Below are positions 41,824-54,845 of a stretch of 64,000 nucleotides of DNA, piece by piece. Under the pieces are notes generated by a model that saw only the letters and a program-made list of their open reading frames with translations, ran no database searches and was not told where the DNA came from. The position numbers and the translations under genes were made by a program. The DNA lies in the NCBI GenBank assembly GCA_964016885.1, contig OZ024748.1, positions 52,824,001 to 52,888,000 of the forward strand, written 5' to 3'. Source of the DNA: Eledone cirrhosa (taxonomy: Eukaryota). Positions within the stretch are counted from its first letter, which is position 1. Each line of letters starts with the position of its first letter.

Positions 41824-42982
41824 TATACAACGCATGCAGCAGAATTAGATAGGAAAACATATTTATATAGAATCCCATACAAATTCTAAGTGTAATGTCT
41901 GTCTCAAGCTTGGAGGATGATCAGGCTGGTGGTTATCCTAGTTTTAAAGTGACTGAGAGTACAAGACTCTTCCCTGGATGCCAGAGTTAGTGTCCTGAGA
42001 CAGGAGGTTCATCAGACTGATACTTATCTTGGTTTCCATGGTATGAAGTGACAGAGTACAAGACACCCCTCGGACAGGACACCAGTCCAACATAGGGTTA
42101 AATCCCCAACTATATCATTTTTTGCTCAAGAACATAACACACAACCCATTCCAGGAATTGAACCCACACCATAATTATTGCAAGTCCTGCATCCTTACCA
42201 CTCAGCCATACACCTCCGTTACAGAAATCATGGAGTTTTAATATAAACAGTTACAGCATGTATGAAATTAATTATAAAAATCCTCTCTACTTGCCTCTTG
42301 AACCACATCCTATCTGCTGACTTTAATCATTTCCATGTAGTCTATCTGTTCACCTTATCAATAAATACCAGATCTGCCATTGTTTCTAATGGAGTCAGCA
42401 AACAGGACATACTTTTCATGGCATGTGGATGGGTTTATATTTGCACCAGTGAACACAGCTTAAATTCATGTCTGTTCAGCTAAAACAATTGTATAAAATG
42501 GATTAGTAATTTAATTACATTGTTTTCTTCCTTCATTGTTCAACATTAGCCACACATATATGTAAATGTATAAAATGTAGTGAGCTGGAAACATTAAATA
42601 AAATGACCCTACCCAGGCTAGCATGGAAGATGGACGGTAAATGATGATGATGATGATGATGATGACATCCTTGCAGTTTGAAGATAGGAACTCCCTAATG
42701 ACAGCAAGGGAGATAATTCGGACAATATTTAGTTAATCCAAGTTTTAGCAAATGATGATACAGTAGAGGTGGATCTTATCTGATTAGCAAATATTGTATA
42801 TATTTGTGTGAGTGTATAGATCTATGCATGCTTATATATATTTACATACATACAAACATATATATATACACATACATGCGCACACACATGCACACAAACA
42901 CACACATAACGATGCACATATCAGGTAGAAGGCAACCCTGAGGTCTTTTACTTTTCCAATTAAATAATATATATATATGAAA

Positions 42983-43040
42983 TAATAATAATAATAATAA
43001 TAATGAAATGATTGTGTACAGTGCTCAGGTGCACTACAAC
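42983..43040 (-). mobile_element. CR1-type LINE 3' tail
   Basis: Reverse complement matches gttgtagtgcacctgagcact..ttcattattat at 19181-19230. Confidence 0.75.
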
Positions 43041-43099
43041 ATATAATATCATACATAAACACATACAAATTCCCAAGTCAAGCGATTAACCAGTTAATT

Positions 43100-43671
43100 T
43101 TTTTTGGCTTTTAGTTAATTCTATTGACTGATTAATCGCTTAAGTTTATTTTAAAAACAACTCGGTAGAGAGTTTAATACGTTTTGTGCGGTTTTTGCAA
43201 ATTTTTGCAATAACTACACATGCTGAATTCACTGGCTAAAATAGGGGTTTTCTCCCCTTAGAATCTCGCATGTGCTTTCATAACCTGCGAGATTCTGGCG
43301 CAAGAAGAACAAAAACCCGTTGAGAAAGCGATGCCTTGTTCGATCATTATACCAAAAGCTTATTTTTTATAAGCAGACAGTATTATTGATTTAGGTGTTG
43401 CAGAAACCCAAATTCGGAGTATTCCATCTTCCCCGAGGGTCCGGGTAAATATTTCAATCATATCTCATTTTGTTTGACCCGTTTAGCTTGTTCGCTTTTT
43501 TGGGGCTATGGTGGTTAATGGCTTCTTAAACATCGTCTCAGCGTGTATGACCATTTTAACTTATGTTTATAGCTCTGCTATCATCTTCTTCATATCAATG
43601 GAGCGCTTGTCTGCACAATATGGAAGTTGCGTTTCGCTAATTTCTACCCGCCGAAATGCGATTCTCGCTAA

Positions 43672-43675
<4 letters not shown>
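43100..43675. mobile_element. Unclassified CpG-retaining repeat ending in TTCTCGCTAAATTTA followed by (TA)n
   Basis: 43460-43675 aligns by eye with 56130-56333 (tttgtttgaccc, catcgtctcag, tagctctg, gagcgcttg, ggaagttg, ttctcgctaa). The left boundary is uncertain. Confidence 0.6.
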
Positions 43676-43725
<50 letters not shown>

Positions 43726-43771
43726 TACATAAACACATAGAAATATGTGTGCGGCATACATATTTATATAT

Positions 43772-43815
<44 letters not shown>

Positions 43816-44089
43816 CATACATCAGGTTATCCACCACCTCACACAGAAATTAACATAATTTGCTGCCAGTTTATTCATTTACTTTGGACGTATGTTTGGT
43901 TTATGGATTATTTATGCAAAACTTTTAGCCGAAAAGATCTACGAACCTCTGCTGTACCTAGGAGGCTGCTGTGATGTCGTTCACAGCACACCACTTCCTT
44001 AGTTTCACTCATTACTCAGTGCACTCCATTGACATGGTGGTTATATTAAACTTGCTTGTATGATGGCATGATTGCAGTTAGGATTGTGT

Positions 44090-44098
44090 GTATGTGAT

Positions 44099-44133
<35 letters not shown>

Positions 44134-44308
44134 ATTTGTGTGTGTGTGTGTGTATATATGTGTGTGTGTGTATATATGTGTCTGTGTGTGTGTGTGTGTG
44201 TGTCTGTGTGTGTGTGTATATATGTGTGTCTGTGTGTGTGTGTATGTGTATGTGTGTGTATATATATATGGGTGTGTGTGTGTATATATGTGAGTGTGTG
44301 TGTATATA

Positions 44309-44345
<37 letters not shown>

Positions 44346-44540
44346 ATTTGTGTGTGTATATATGTGTGTGTGTGTGTGTGTATTTGTGTGTGTATATATG
44401 TGTGTGTGTATTTGTGTGTGTGTGTATATATGTGTGTGTGTATATGTGTGTATATATGTGTGTGTGTATATATATGTATGTGTGTGTATGTATATATGTG
44501 TATGTGTGTATATATGTGTGTGTGTATATATGTGTGTGTG

Positions 44541-44583
<43 letters not shown>

Positions 44584-45069
44584 ATCTTTGTATTTATATA
44601 TACATGTATTGCAAGCAGGGAAAAGCGGACGTAAAAGGATGGTGATGATGATATATATATACACACACACACACCTTAATATATATACATGTGTATATAT
44701 CTACATATATACATACATATACATGTATATATGACCATGTGTATATATATATATATATATCTATATATATATATATATATACATCTATATATATACATCT
44801 ATATACACATATATATGCACACACACACATATATACATGTGTGTGTATATATATATACATGTGTGTGTGTATATATATATATACATGTGTGTGTGTATAT
44901 ATATATACATGTGTGTGTATATATATATACATGTGTGTGTATACATATATACATGTGTGTGTATACATATATACATGTGTGTATATATATATACATGTGT
45001 GTGTATATATATATACATGTGTGTGTATATTATATATACATGTGTGTATATATATATATACACATATGC

Positions 45070-45107
<38 letters not shown>

Positions 45108-46420
45108 GTTTATAGATATATATATATGTACACGTATACACGTTTATAGATATATATATATATGTACACGCATATGTATGTTTATGTATATATATATATA
45201 TATATATACACATCTATACACATCATTCTATATATATATATATATATATGTATACAAACATGTATATTTATTTATGTATGTATATTTAAGCAAATATCTA
45301 TTTATCTAATGATGATTATATATATATATATATATGTTTATGTATAGATGCACGCACAAACAAACATATAAATACATCCATTCACATTTAGTAAATGAGT
45401 AAACTCACCCATTGAGACTATATAATTGCATAGTTCAAACAAAAAACTCTTAACTTTTAATAACCAGTACTGAACCCTGTATAAACTAAATAGAATTTAT
45501 TACTAATACTAAATGCTTTCAAAATTGCAAAACTGATGGGGGAAAAACAAACATAATAATAAGATCATGAAAAGGAATAATTTATGCATTAACAACACAG
45601 ATAACTGTAGACTTATTATATAATAGAATAGCAATAAACTTGGGTATAACTTATGTTTTTTTATTATTATAGAAAAAAATTGGAAATGTCAATTTAAGAT
45701 ATTATTATTTTTGTTGGTTTTCGCTTTGAAAGTATATTTTTTCCTTTTTTACAGTTTGGATTTTTCAAGTGATAAAACTGAACTGAATATTTTCACAGAT
45801 CAAATCTGTATATAATATATATATGTATATGTATGTATATATGTATGTATATGTATGTATATATGTATGTATATATATATGTGTATATATGGATGTGTAT
45901 ATATGGATGTATGTATATACTGGATGTATATATATATGTATATATGGATGTATATATATGTATGTGTATATATGGATGTATATATATGTATGTGTATATA
46001 TGGATATATATATATGCATGTGTATACATGTATGTGTATATAAGTATGTGTATATATGTATGTATATACATGTACATATATGTATAATTATGTATATATA
46101 TATGCAAATATGTATATATATATATGTATAAATATACAAATATACACATATATGTATATATATATATATATGTATATGTATATATATACAAATATGTATA
46201 TATATATATATATGTATATGTATATATATACAAATATGCACATATATGTATATATATATATGTATATGTATATATATACAAATATGCACATATATGTATA
46301 TATATATATAGGTATATGTGTATATATATACACACATATGCACATATATGTATATGTATATATATATGTGTTTGTGTATATATATATATATATATATATA
46401 CACATGTATACACACATCCA
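44090..46420. repeat. Compound (TG)n/(TA)n microsatellite fields
   Basis: Directly visible. Confidence 0.9.
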
Positions 46421-47329
46421 TACGCACATTCTGCCAGGAGTTACAGCCAGCAGATAGTATATCAGCAATAGAAAGACCAATTGAAACATAGTTTTCTTGA
46501 TCTGATTCAATGATTGACACCTTTCATTTTTCTTTGTATATAGCATGATAATTGCTTCTTTCTGTCTGATGATAGCCATCTCCTCATCACATAAATCATT
46601 GCTGCATGTCTACACTCTTCCAGGGCATGGAGGTGACTTTTTCAATCCAGCAACAAAAGGCAAGACTAGACTCTTCCCCTCCGTCAAGCAGTGACAACAC
46701 TTTGAAATAGGACACATAAGCACAGGTGATAAATAAACCATAACAGCTCTCACCTGTACTACATGAGGTGATGAAATGTCAGAAGTGGCAATATTTCACT
46801 TACTCAAATCTGAGTAACACCTTAACAGCTGCAGCAATAGGTTCAATGCCTATAAGGCACCATGAATTCAGAGTCCTGGGTCTACATCAGCTGGAGAGAT
46901 AGAATGAGACTAATGACAGATGAGAAGATCAAAAAGAGACATCTGTAAGTCATGGATTATGGTGACAAATGCTTATACAACACAGGTGCCATTCATTAAG
47001 TCTCAGTGATTATTATCTGATGACAATCCTAAGCAAGATGACCAGTAATCATGTAAACCATAGGTTTCACTTCAAAGATTCCTTCTCTTATAAAAATGCT
47101 GTAACAACAACTCAGGGTTTTCATTCCCAGTGACACTTACTGCATGACCTAACACCAACCAGATGTATTTCTTAGTTTTTGTGTACAGATGGTTTGCTAA
47201 AACTATGATCAAGGAGTACCATCTATCTTGGTTTTGAAATCAGAATGATCCATCTTCTAGACAGACTGTCACCCATGGTTGCTGAGTTACGTCTTCCCAG
47301 AACAATAGGTTTCTAAGAATCAGTAACAG

Positions 47330-47365
47330 TCTTAACGTTTTGAATGCTAGTCCTCCGTCAGAAGA
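47330..47365 (-). ncRNA. Degenerate hammerhead motif (family of 9095 and 52397)
   Basis: TCTT-CTGACGG-aggactagcattc-AAAA-CGT-T-AAGA. Two core mutations; same flank gaagatagaa.gagaaat. Confidence 0.5.
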
Positions 47366-47764
47366 TAGAACGAGAAATTAAAGAAGAAATAGAAAGATTG
47401 AAGAAACTGGCAGGGCGGAAACAGGAAAACGTTTTTTAAAGAAAATTATCAGGTCCATTGATGTATAAGCTAAGATTAGCCCTGATTCAGCAGTCTTATG
47501 ATCAAAAGACATTTATACATACATATATAGATATACATATGCATATATATATATATATATATAATAACATAAACGGAGAAAGCTATTAGCGATACTCCGA
47601 CCAATTTCCAACTCACTCAACAAACATTAGGAAATACCAGAGTATATTCCCAATTAAACGTTTGGAGTGCTAACTATATTGTATTGTGTGGATAATTGGC
47701 TGTATTATTTTATATGAGATATATTAAAGATCTCATTTCCCAAACGATCCTCAGCTCAGATTAC

Positions 47765-47800
47765 GAGCTGAGGATCCGCTAAGGTGAAACAATTGTTCTC
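47765..47800 (+). ncRNA. Minimal hammerhead motif
   Basis: GAG-CTGAGGA-tCCgctaaGGt-GAAA-CAATTG-TT-CTC, with perfectly palindromic ACAATTGT. Preceded by an inverted copy gatcctcagctc (47746-47757). Confidence 0.7.
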
Positions 47801-47829
47801 AGTATGGTGAACTAACTGTTGTGTTACCA

Positions 47830-47885
<56 letters not shown>

Positions 47886-48539
47886 TAGAGATATATAGAT
47901 ATATATACATATATATATAATATCATCATCATTTAACATCCATCTTAAATTATGATATATATATGTATTTATGTATGTACACACACACGCACACATATAT
48001 ATATATATATATACATATGTACCTGTGTATATATATATATATATATATACAGGTACATATGTATATTTTTTAGTGGCACACCCCAGATTTAGAAATGGAG
48101 TTTAGAAAAAAACATCTTGAAATATGTTTCTTGTAAAAACATGCAGCCCTCCCCCCATTTTTCTCCAACAATGTTCTGAAAGCAACCTCGCTGAGCACCA
48201 AACCCTAGTGTGAGTCAGGCCTGACTATAAGGCAGCACCTCCTTCTCTATCCTCACCATGGTACTCAAAGTGAGCCAGGGTTTAGAGGAAGACCCCTGAC
48301 CCTATCCTCTGTAGACATGTCCTCCATTCAGCTTCCTTCACCGTAGCCACTAGACAGATGAAGACTCACTACCCTAACCACTTAAAAAATGGCAATGCTA
48401 TAAAAAATATTTATTAACATTGAAAAAATTGCTTTGGTTGCCATTGTTATAATAATATATTTGTTTCTGGTTGAATAACTGAAAACTGAAAAATCTTGAA
48501 GTTCCTAAAATAAATAAAGGAAGCCGAGCAGCAAAAACA

Positions 48540-48762
48540 ATAATAATGGTTTCCTATATAGGCACAAGACCAGCAATTTTGGGGAAGGGGAAAGTCGATT
48601 AAATCGACCCCAGTGCATGACTGGTACTTTATTTTATCGAGCCCCGTAAGGATGAAAGACAAAGTTTAACCTCGTCGGGATTTGAACTCAGATCATAAAA
48701 GGCCATAACTCTATGTTGCAAAGCATGGCATCCGACCATCTACCAATACTGCCAATCCACCA
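48540..48762 (-). mobile_element. Family-A SINE, long variant
   Basis: Contains the gtcgattaaatcgac palindrome of the long variant; flanked by caaaaa(a)caataata. Confidence 0.88.
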
Positions 48763-49599
48763 CACAAAAAACAATAATAGTAGCAATTATAATAATCATG
48801 AATTTCAAAGTAAGTGTTGTTTCAAAATATTGTGCAATATAACACTTTCATTCTTGCAAGGATGTTACCACATTCTTGGTGACAGAATTACAGTCTGTAG
48901 GTGCTGGGAACAATTTAATTTATTCCCAGAAATAATTTTGACACTTTTCAAAATGGAGGAATAAAAATGGATCTGAAAAACAATAAATAAATAAAATTAA
49001 AATAAAAAGAAGGAAATAAACAAACATTTTCTTTTTTTTTTTTCTGAAATTAAATAATCATCATTGTCATCATTACAGTTGTACTATATAGAAAGCACCC
49101 CCCATATATATATATATATAAAATAAACAAAATATAAGGATGGCAATAGCAATAACATCAATAATAATAATAATAATAATAACAGTAATAAAAATAATAG
49201 TAATAATAATAATGGTAATAATAACAGTAATAATTTCTAGAAGTGCAAAATTTGATTTTCTTTACATAATATTTTCTTTTCACAAGTCCTAGAAAACAAC
49301 ACAAATTATAACATGCTTGCCATATTGTGTTTTTTTGTTTAGTTTGGTCTTGATTTTTGGTGAAATCTGTTTAAAATAAAATGAAAAATGGGTGAGAAAA
49401 AAATTAAAAAGTAGAAAAATAAAAAAAGACATGAAATAAAAATAAGAACTATAAAAAACGTTCTTTTTTTTCTCTCACTTTATAAAATGAAAGAGACTGC
49501 TGCTTTATGAATCTTAGTGACAGCAACAGTCTTGAAGCATTTCAATGTCTGCTGCGTGGAATCAAAGGCAATGGTTATGTAGAGCTTGACACAACAACA

Positions 49600-50440
49600 G
49601 CAACAGTTTTAAAGCCATTTCCCTCCTGCTAAGGCAGGTGATTACCTTGCAGGCCCCATGAAGGCTTCTCCTTGCTATCCTATCTGCATCTACTCTTCTC
49701 TATTAATTCCCTGGTTTTCATTTCTTTCTCCATTATGTTTAGCCATACCTTTCTTCATCTTACTCTTCTTCTGCTTCTTTCCACATACATTTCCCTCGCT
49801 CCTCTCACCCAGTCACTTTCATCCTTCCTCAACACATGACCCAACCATCTCACTCCATTTCTCTTTACGACATTTATCACTGGCTCTAATCCATCGCTCC
49901 TCTCACCCAGTCACTTTCATCCTTCCTCAACACATGACCCAACCATCTCACTCCATTTCTCTTTACGACATTTATCACTGGCTCTAATCCATCGCTCTTC
50001 TCACCCAGTCACTTTCATCCTTCCTCAACACATGACCCAAACATCTCATGCCATTTCTCTTTACAAAATTCATATCTAGTTCTAATCCATCACCCTCTCA
50101 CCCAATCACTTTCATCCTTCCTCAACACATGGCCCAACCATCTCACTCCATTTCTCTTCACAACATTCATCACTGATGCTATCCTCCTCATCCTCTGCAA
50201 TCCATTGTTTGTCTTCTTTTCCCTGAGCAGTGCTTTACTCATTCACCAAACCAATCTTATTTTTATTCTTTCTTGCTTTCTCTGTTGCTTTAAGTACATC
50301 ACCCATGTCTCGCTCTCATATCATGGCTCTCCTCATTTACGCAGTATACATTTTTGCCTTCAGTTTTAGTGGCACTCCCTTCCTCTTAAGCATGTATTTC
50401 ACTTGCTAGAATTTCTCCAGTATAGCCTGACAATGATGAC
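49600..50440 (-). mobile_element. RTE LINE fragment with a 98-bp tandem amplification (49795-50180, about 4 units)
   Basis: Minus strand reads KGVPLKLKAKMY, ETWVM and RNGVRWLGHVLRKDESDWVR (repeated). Confidence 0.75.
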
Positions 50441-50599
50441 AATAATCTAGTTGAGGTAGCAAACACCTTGTGCAATATGCCACCTCATCTCTGGCACTAT
50501 CGACTCGTTTGTCATTGAAAACAATGGAGTCTCCAGCATCATCATGACCACATCATAGTTTAAGAGGAATCAGATCTACTCTGCAAAAGAAAAGACATT

Positions 50600-50850
50600 A
50601 ATAGAATAGCCATGTCATGCTAATGGAGGTTGATCTTTGGGTGAGGATGTGCCTGGAGTTCCCAGAGGAAGGAAGCTTCAGTGGAAGAAGGCTAAGGAAA
50701 ACCTGGGCAGAGGTAGAGAGAGCAGATTTCAAAATACTGAATGTTACAAGAGAAATGAGAAAGGATCACAAGGTGTGGAGGGGGTCTGTGGCTGGAAAAG
50801 ACATGTCCAACCCAAGCAAGCATGGAAAAACAGGCATAAATATGATGCTG
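50600..50850 (+). mobile_element. RTE LINE 3' end whose tail resembles SINE family B
   Basis: WVRMCLEFPEEGSFSGRRLRKTWAEV..DFKILN..WRGSV, then tccaacccaagcaagcatggaaaa..atgatg. Confidence 0.75.
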
Positions 50851-50957
50851 ATAGGACACAGCAATCGCTATATTATCTACAATTAATCAAAGATCCAGCA
50901 TCAACATTGTCTTAATATATAAAAATGAGGCAGAAAAAGAGTTACTCACAAACAGGC

Positions 50958-51120
50958 CCAACATGGCTGTGTACTTATGAATTTCACTTAGCAACCATGT
51001 GTTTAGCTTCAATGCCACTATATATTACCTTAAGCAAGTATCTTCTACTTTAGCCTTGGGTTGACCAATGCCTTTTGAAAGCAATTTGGTAGATGGAGAC
51101 TAAACAGAAACCCACTGTAT
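50958..51120 (+). mobile_element. Old tRNA-derived SINE (family E)
   Basis: atggctgtg..cttaagcaagtatcttctact..ttggtagatggagactaaacagaaaccc, followed by (TA)n. Confidence 0.55.
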
Positions 51121-51130
51121 ATGTATATAA

Positions 51131-51174
<44 letters not shown>

Positions 51175-51557
51175 CAGTAGGTAACTTTCTCACTTTGGGG
51201 TTGATGGTCTGTATATTATCCTGCCATAAATGGATAGCAGGTACGAATGCACTAAAATCCTATTGGTTACCGAAGCTAGCAGTAAATAAATTTTGGCCGG
51301 TTTGAACTCCCGCTGACCATATAGTGTTGTTGACCAAGGATGTGGGGAACTAGTAGCTAGAGAGAACAAATAAGGTTGGTGGTTTTCTTAGTTGTAGTTT
51401 AGTATTCAGCCACCCCCACCCCTGCTACTAAGCAGTGCTATCGGGATGATCTGAAAATTAGAAGGGAGCAGACACTCAGAGCAACAACACACATTTTTCT
51501 AGTCCGCTCCCTTCCACATAAAATTGTCTCGGAAATGTTACCTTTTAATCTATTTTT

Positions 51558-51608
51558 GCTGTCTGAAGAAATCACGATATCGATCGTCATTGAAATATGT
51601 ATAACAGC
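51558..51608 (+). ncRNA. Type-I hammerhead motif near the 3' end of a (TA)n-flanked element of about 480 bp (51173-51656)
   Basis: GCTGT-CTGAAGA-AATcACGATatcgATCGTcATT-GAAA-TATGTA-TA-ACAGC, with AATAAA 7 nt downstream. Confidence 0.78.
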
Positions 51609-51766
51609 TTAATTAATAAAGAACCCTAACATCTTCAACTTCGCATTTTCCTCTTTATATATATATATATATATATATATAAGCAAAGAGATATTTAATT
51701 TGTTGGTTATTCAACAAATTTATTTATAACAGATCCGAAGCACTTTACAGGTTTTCTGGAGTATAA

Positions 51767-52099
51767 TCATCATTTCATTTTACATCCGCTTCTCCCTGCT
51801 TGCAAGGGTGGGACAGGAACTGATTCTGGCTTGATTTCTACAGCTGGATGCCCTTCCTAACACCAACCTCATTTACAGTGAGTGCTGAGTGCTTTTTTGC
51901 CGTGGCACCTCCACAACCACTTTGCAGTGGAATGATAGGGACCCAGTCCCTATCATCTCATTTCTACAGCTGAGTAAACTGGAGCAATGTGAAATAAAGT
52001 GTCTTGCTCAAGGAAACAACACATCACCCGGTCTGAGAATTGAACTCACAACTTTTCGATTGCAAGGCCAATGCTCTAACCACTTAGCCATGTGCCTCC
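51767..52099 (-). mobile_element. Family-B SINE, full length
   Basis: Reverse complement of 1011-1352, with intact A and B boxes. Confidence 0.9.
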
Positions 52100-52151
52100 A
52101 TATAATATCAATGATATTAATAAATGGAAACTATATTTATAAAACCATATT

Positions 52152-52212
52152 TATTCTATTATACATATTTCAAGGGTACCAAAATGTTGGTACGCTCTCA
52201 TCAGATAAAATA
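52152..52212 (-). ncRNA. Type-I hammerhead motif
   Basis: TATTTTAT-CTGATGA-GAGcGTACCAAcattTTGGTACcCTT-GAAA-TATGTA-TA-ATAGAATA, with an 8-bp stem I. Confidence 0.78.
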
Positions 52213-52396
52213 CAAAATTTGTTTTATAAATGGTGACATACCCAAGAAACCAGACCTTATCGGTTCAGGTTCAGTTTGGATATACATGCATACATATTTA
52301 TATATATATGCTAAAAGTAAATGGAAGCAATAAAACAAACAATACAGTCCAGTGAAGAAATATATTAGTTTAACACTTAGTAGAGTAGGAAAATAG

Positions 52397-52432
52397 TCTT
52401 TACGTTTCAGACACTAGTCCTTCATCAGAAGA
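52397..52432 (-). ncRNA. Minimal hammerhead motif with intact core
   Basis: TCTT-CTGATGA-aGGACtagtGTCT-GAAA-CGT-A-AAGA. ACGT palindrome, GUA triplet. Flank 52430-52490 matches 9045-9098. Confidence 0.75.
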
Positions 52433-53095
52433 TAGAATGAGAAATAAAAGATGAAATAGAAAGATAAAGAGTGAAAAGAAGAAGAAACAGAAAAAAGGTT
52501 TTGAGAAAAAGCACGCGTGTATTCAGTCAACCATGTGAGTGTGTGTGTGTGTGTGTGTGATAACTTGGAGGTGTGACTAAAATAAGTAGCAGACTTTAAA
52601 AAAATAAGTATCATGGTGGATATGATCAACAAATAATCAATAAATCTCTTCGAGGCGGTGCTCCAGTAGAGCCACATTCCAAGACTGAAACAAGCAAAAA
52701 GCATAAATGGATAAATGAATTTCACAGCAATGATATTCAAATATATGAATTGTGACATCACAGACATATTGAGAACTGCTAATCTCATATACAATTGTCA
52801 TATTAATGAGTTATATATAGCCGTCTGAATCATGAGTATTTGGGGTTATAAAAGCTAAGAGTTTGCTGGTTTCTATGCCATTATTGGCAACACTACGGCT
52901 TCTCTGGCAAAAACACAAAACTATTAATGACCCATTACATATCAAAATTTCTGAGATAAATTATCACGATAATAATTTTAAATTTTTCAACTGTTAACTT
53001 TTTCTTTTGTATTTTACTGTTCAACATTATGTTTTGAAATGCCAAATTTCCAATGATCTTTATGTGCTTTTATCTTACATTTATACATACATATA

Positions 53096-53129
<34 letters not shown>

Positions 53130-53449
53130 GCACATTTATATATGCACATATACGTATATATTATACATGCACATATACATGCACACATATATATATATGT
53201 ATATATTATTTATGCATACATATATGTATATATGTGTATGTAGATATGTGTATGTATATATATATATATATGTGTGTGTATATATATGTGTGTGTGTGTA
53301 TATGTGTAAATATATATATATATATACTTTTACATATCATCTTCAACATGCCCATCATTTTCATGGCTAGCAAGCATATATGTGTGTGTGTATATGTGTG
53401 CACATGAATGTACATGTATATATAAGTATATATATATATATCACGTGTA

Positions 53450-53752
53450 GGCGCCACGAAAAAGCACCCAGCATTCACTGTAAATGAGGTTGGTGTTAGG
53501 AAGGGCATCCAGCTGTAGAAATCAAGCCAAATCAGTTCCTGTATGAGCAAGGCATGGTCAGCCGACCAGACACTGCCCACAACAGGACAACCCGTCTAAC
53601 CCATGCTAGCGTGGAAGAACGGACGTAAAACGGTGATGATGATGATATTTATATATCATCATCATTTTACGTCCGTTCTTCCACGCTAGCATGGGTTAGA
53701 CGGGTTGTCCTGTTGTGGCCAGTTTCCGGTCGGCTGACCTTGTCTTGCTCAT
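53450..53752. mobile_element. Tail-to-tail pair of family-B-related SINEs forming an inverted repeat
   Basis: caacaggacaacccgtctaacccatgctagcgtggaagaacggacgtaaaa is mirrored after a short TA spacer. Confidence 0.9.
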
Positions 53753-53769
53753 ATATATATATATATAGA

Positions 53770-54845
53770 TAGAAGCTGTCAGTAAAGTAAGAGTGGGAAG
53801 TAAATTTTGTGAGAAATTCTAGGTTCAGTTAGGAGTGCATAAGGGCTCGGTTTTCAGCCCATTTTTGTTTATAATAGTTTACCTGGCCATAACTGAGGAG
53901 TTTAAAATTGGCTGTCCATGGGAACTTCTGTAAGCTGATGATTATAACTGAATCTCTGGTAGGAGTAAAGAAGACATTTCGGCTGTTTTAACAGAACTTA
54001 GAATCAAATGTCTGAGAGTTAACTTTGTAAAAGCCAAGGAGATAGTAAGTAGGAAAGAAGACAAGACCTGTTCTCATCAGGGTAAAAGCCTTGTTTAATA
54101 TGTAGAAAAGGAGTAGGTATAAATCTATATGATATACACAAAGTAAATCTTGATGACAAAAGGTCTAGTGAAATAGCAAGCAGAGTAACAGGGAAGGTAG
54201 AATTGGGATGTAGTAGATGTACAGGGATAGTTGGTAGTAAAAGCATCAGTGAAATAAACTTTGTTCAATCACAGGAAGGATTTGCGGCAGTGGTTGATAG
54301 CTTTTGTTTATATGGTGATCAGATTAGCGGTGCAGATGGGTATTTCAAGAACATGATAGCTACAATAAGAACAGGGTGAAAAATATTCAGGTACTACCTC
54401 CGTTGACAACAAAAGGCTTCTAGCTCTTAATGCAAAACTAACAGTACTACATCTGTGTGCAATATGCAATGCATGATGACAGCGAGACATGAGCAATGAA
54501 TGCAGATGATATGCAAAGGTTGGAGAGAAATGATATAATGATGCTTTGATGGATGTGCAATGTTAATGTGCAGAAAAGACAAACAATGGATGACTTGACA
54601 GACAAACTGGGTATAAGAAGAATCAGATGTGGTGTGCAAGAGAGAAGACTGTGCAGGTGTGGACATGTAGTGTATATGGATAATGTTTGCTGGGTGAGGA
54701 AATGTCAATAAATCCACAGCGGAAGGAATCTGCAGTGGAGTAAGAACAAGGAACACCTGTGTGGAGGTGGTGAGAGAGGATTTAAAATTGCTGAAGCCCA
54801 CAAAAATTCTGAAGAAATACAATGAGGGAGGGATGCTGTTTGGAA
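53770..54845 (+). mobile_element. Decayed RTE LINE RT region with a PHD-like insertion
   Basis: GVHKGSVFSPFLF..CPWELL*ADD, KPCLICRKGVG..CSRC, then C-terminal motifs homologous to 1-565. Confidence 0.8.

Noticed and set aside
46566-47030. CTGATGA at about 46566 and 47017 (box D or hammerhead core)
   Set aside because: No properly placed GAAA or stems, and no box C partner.
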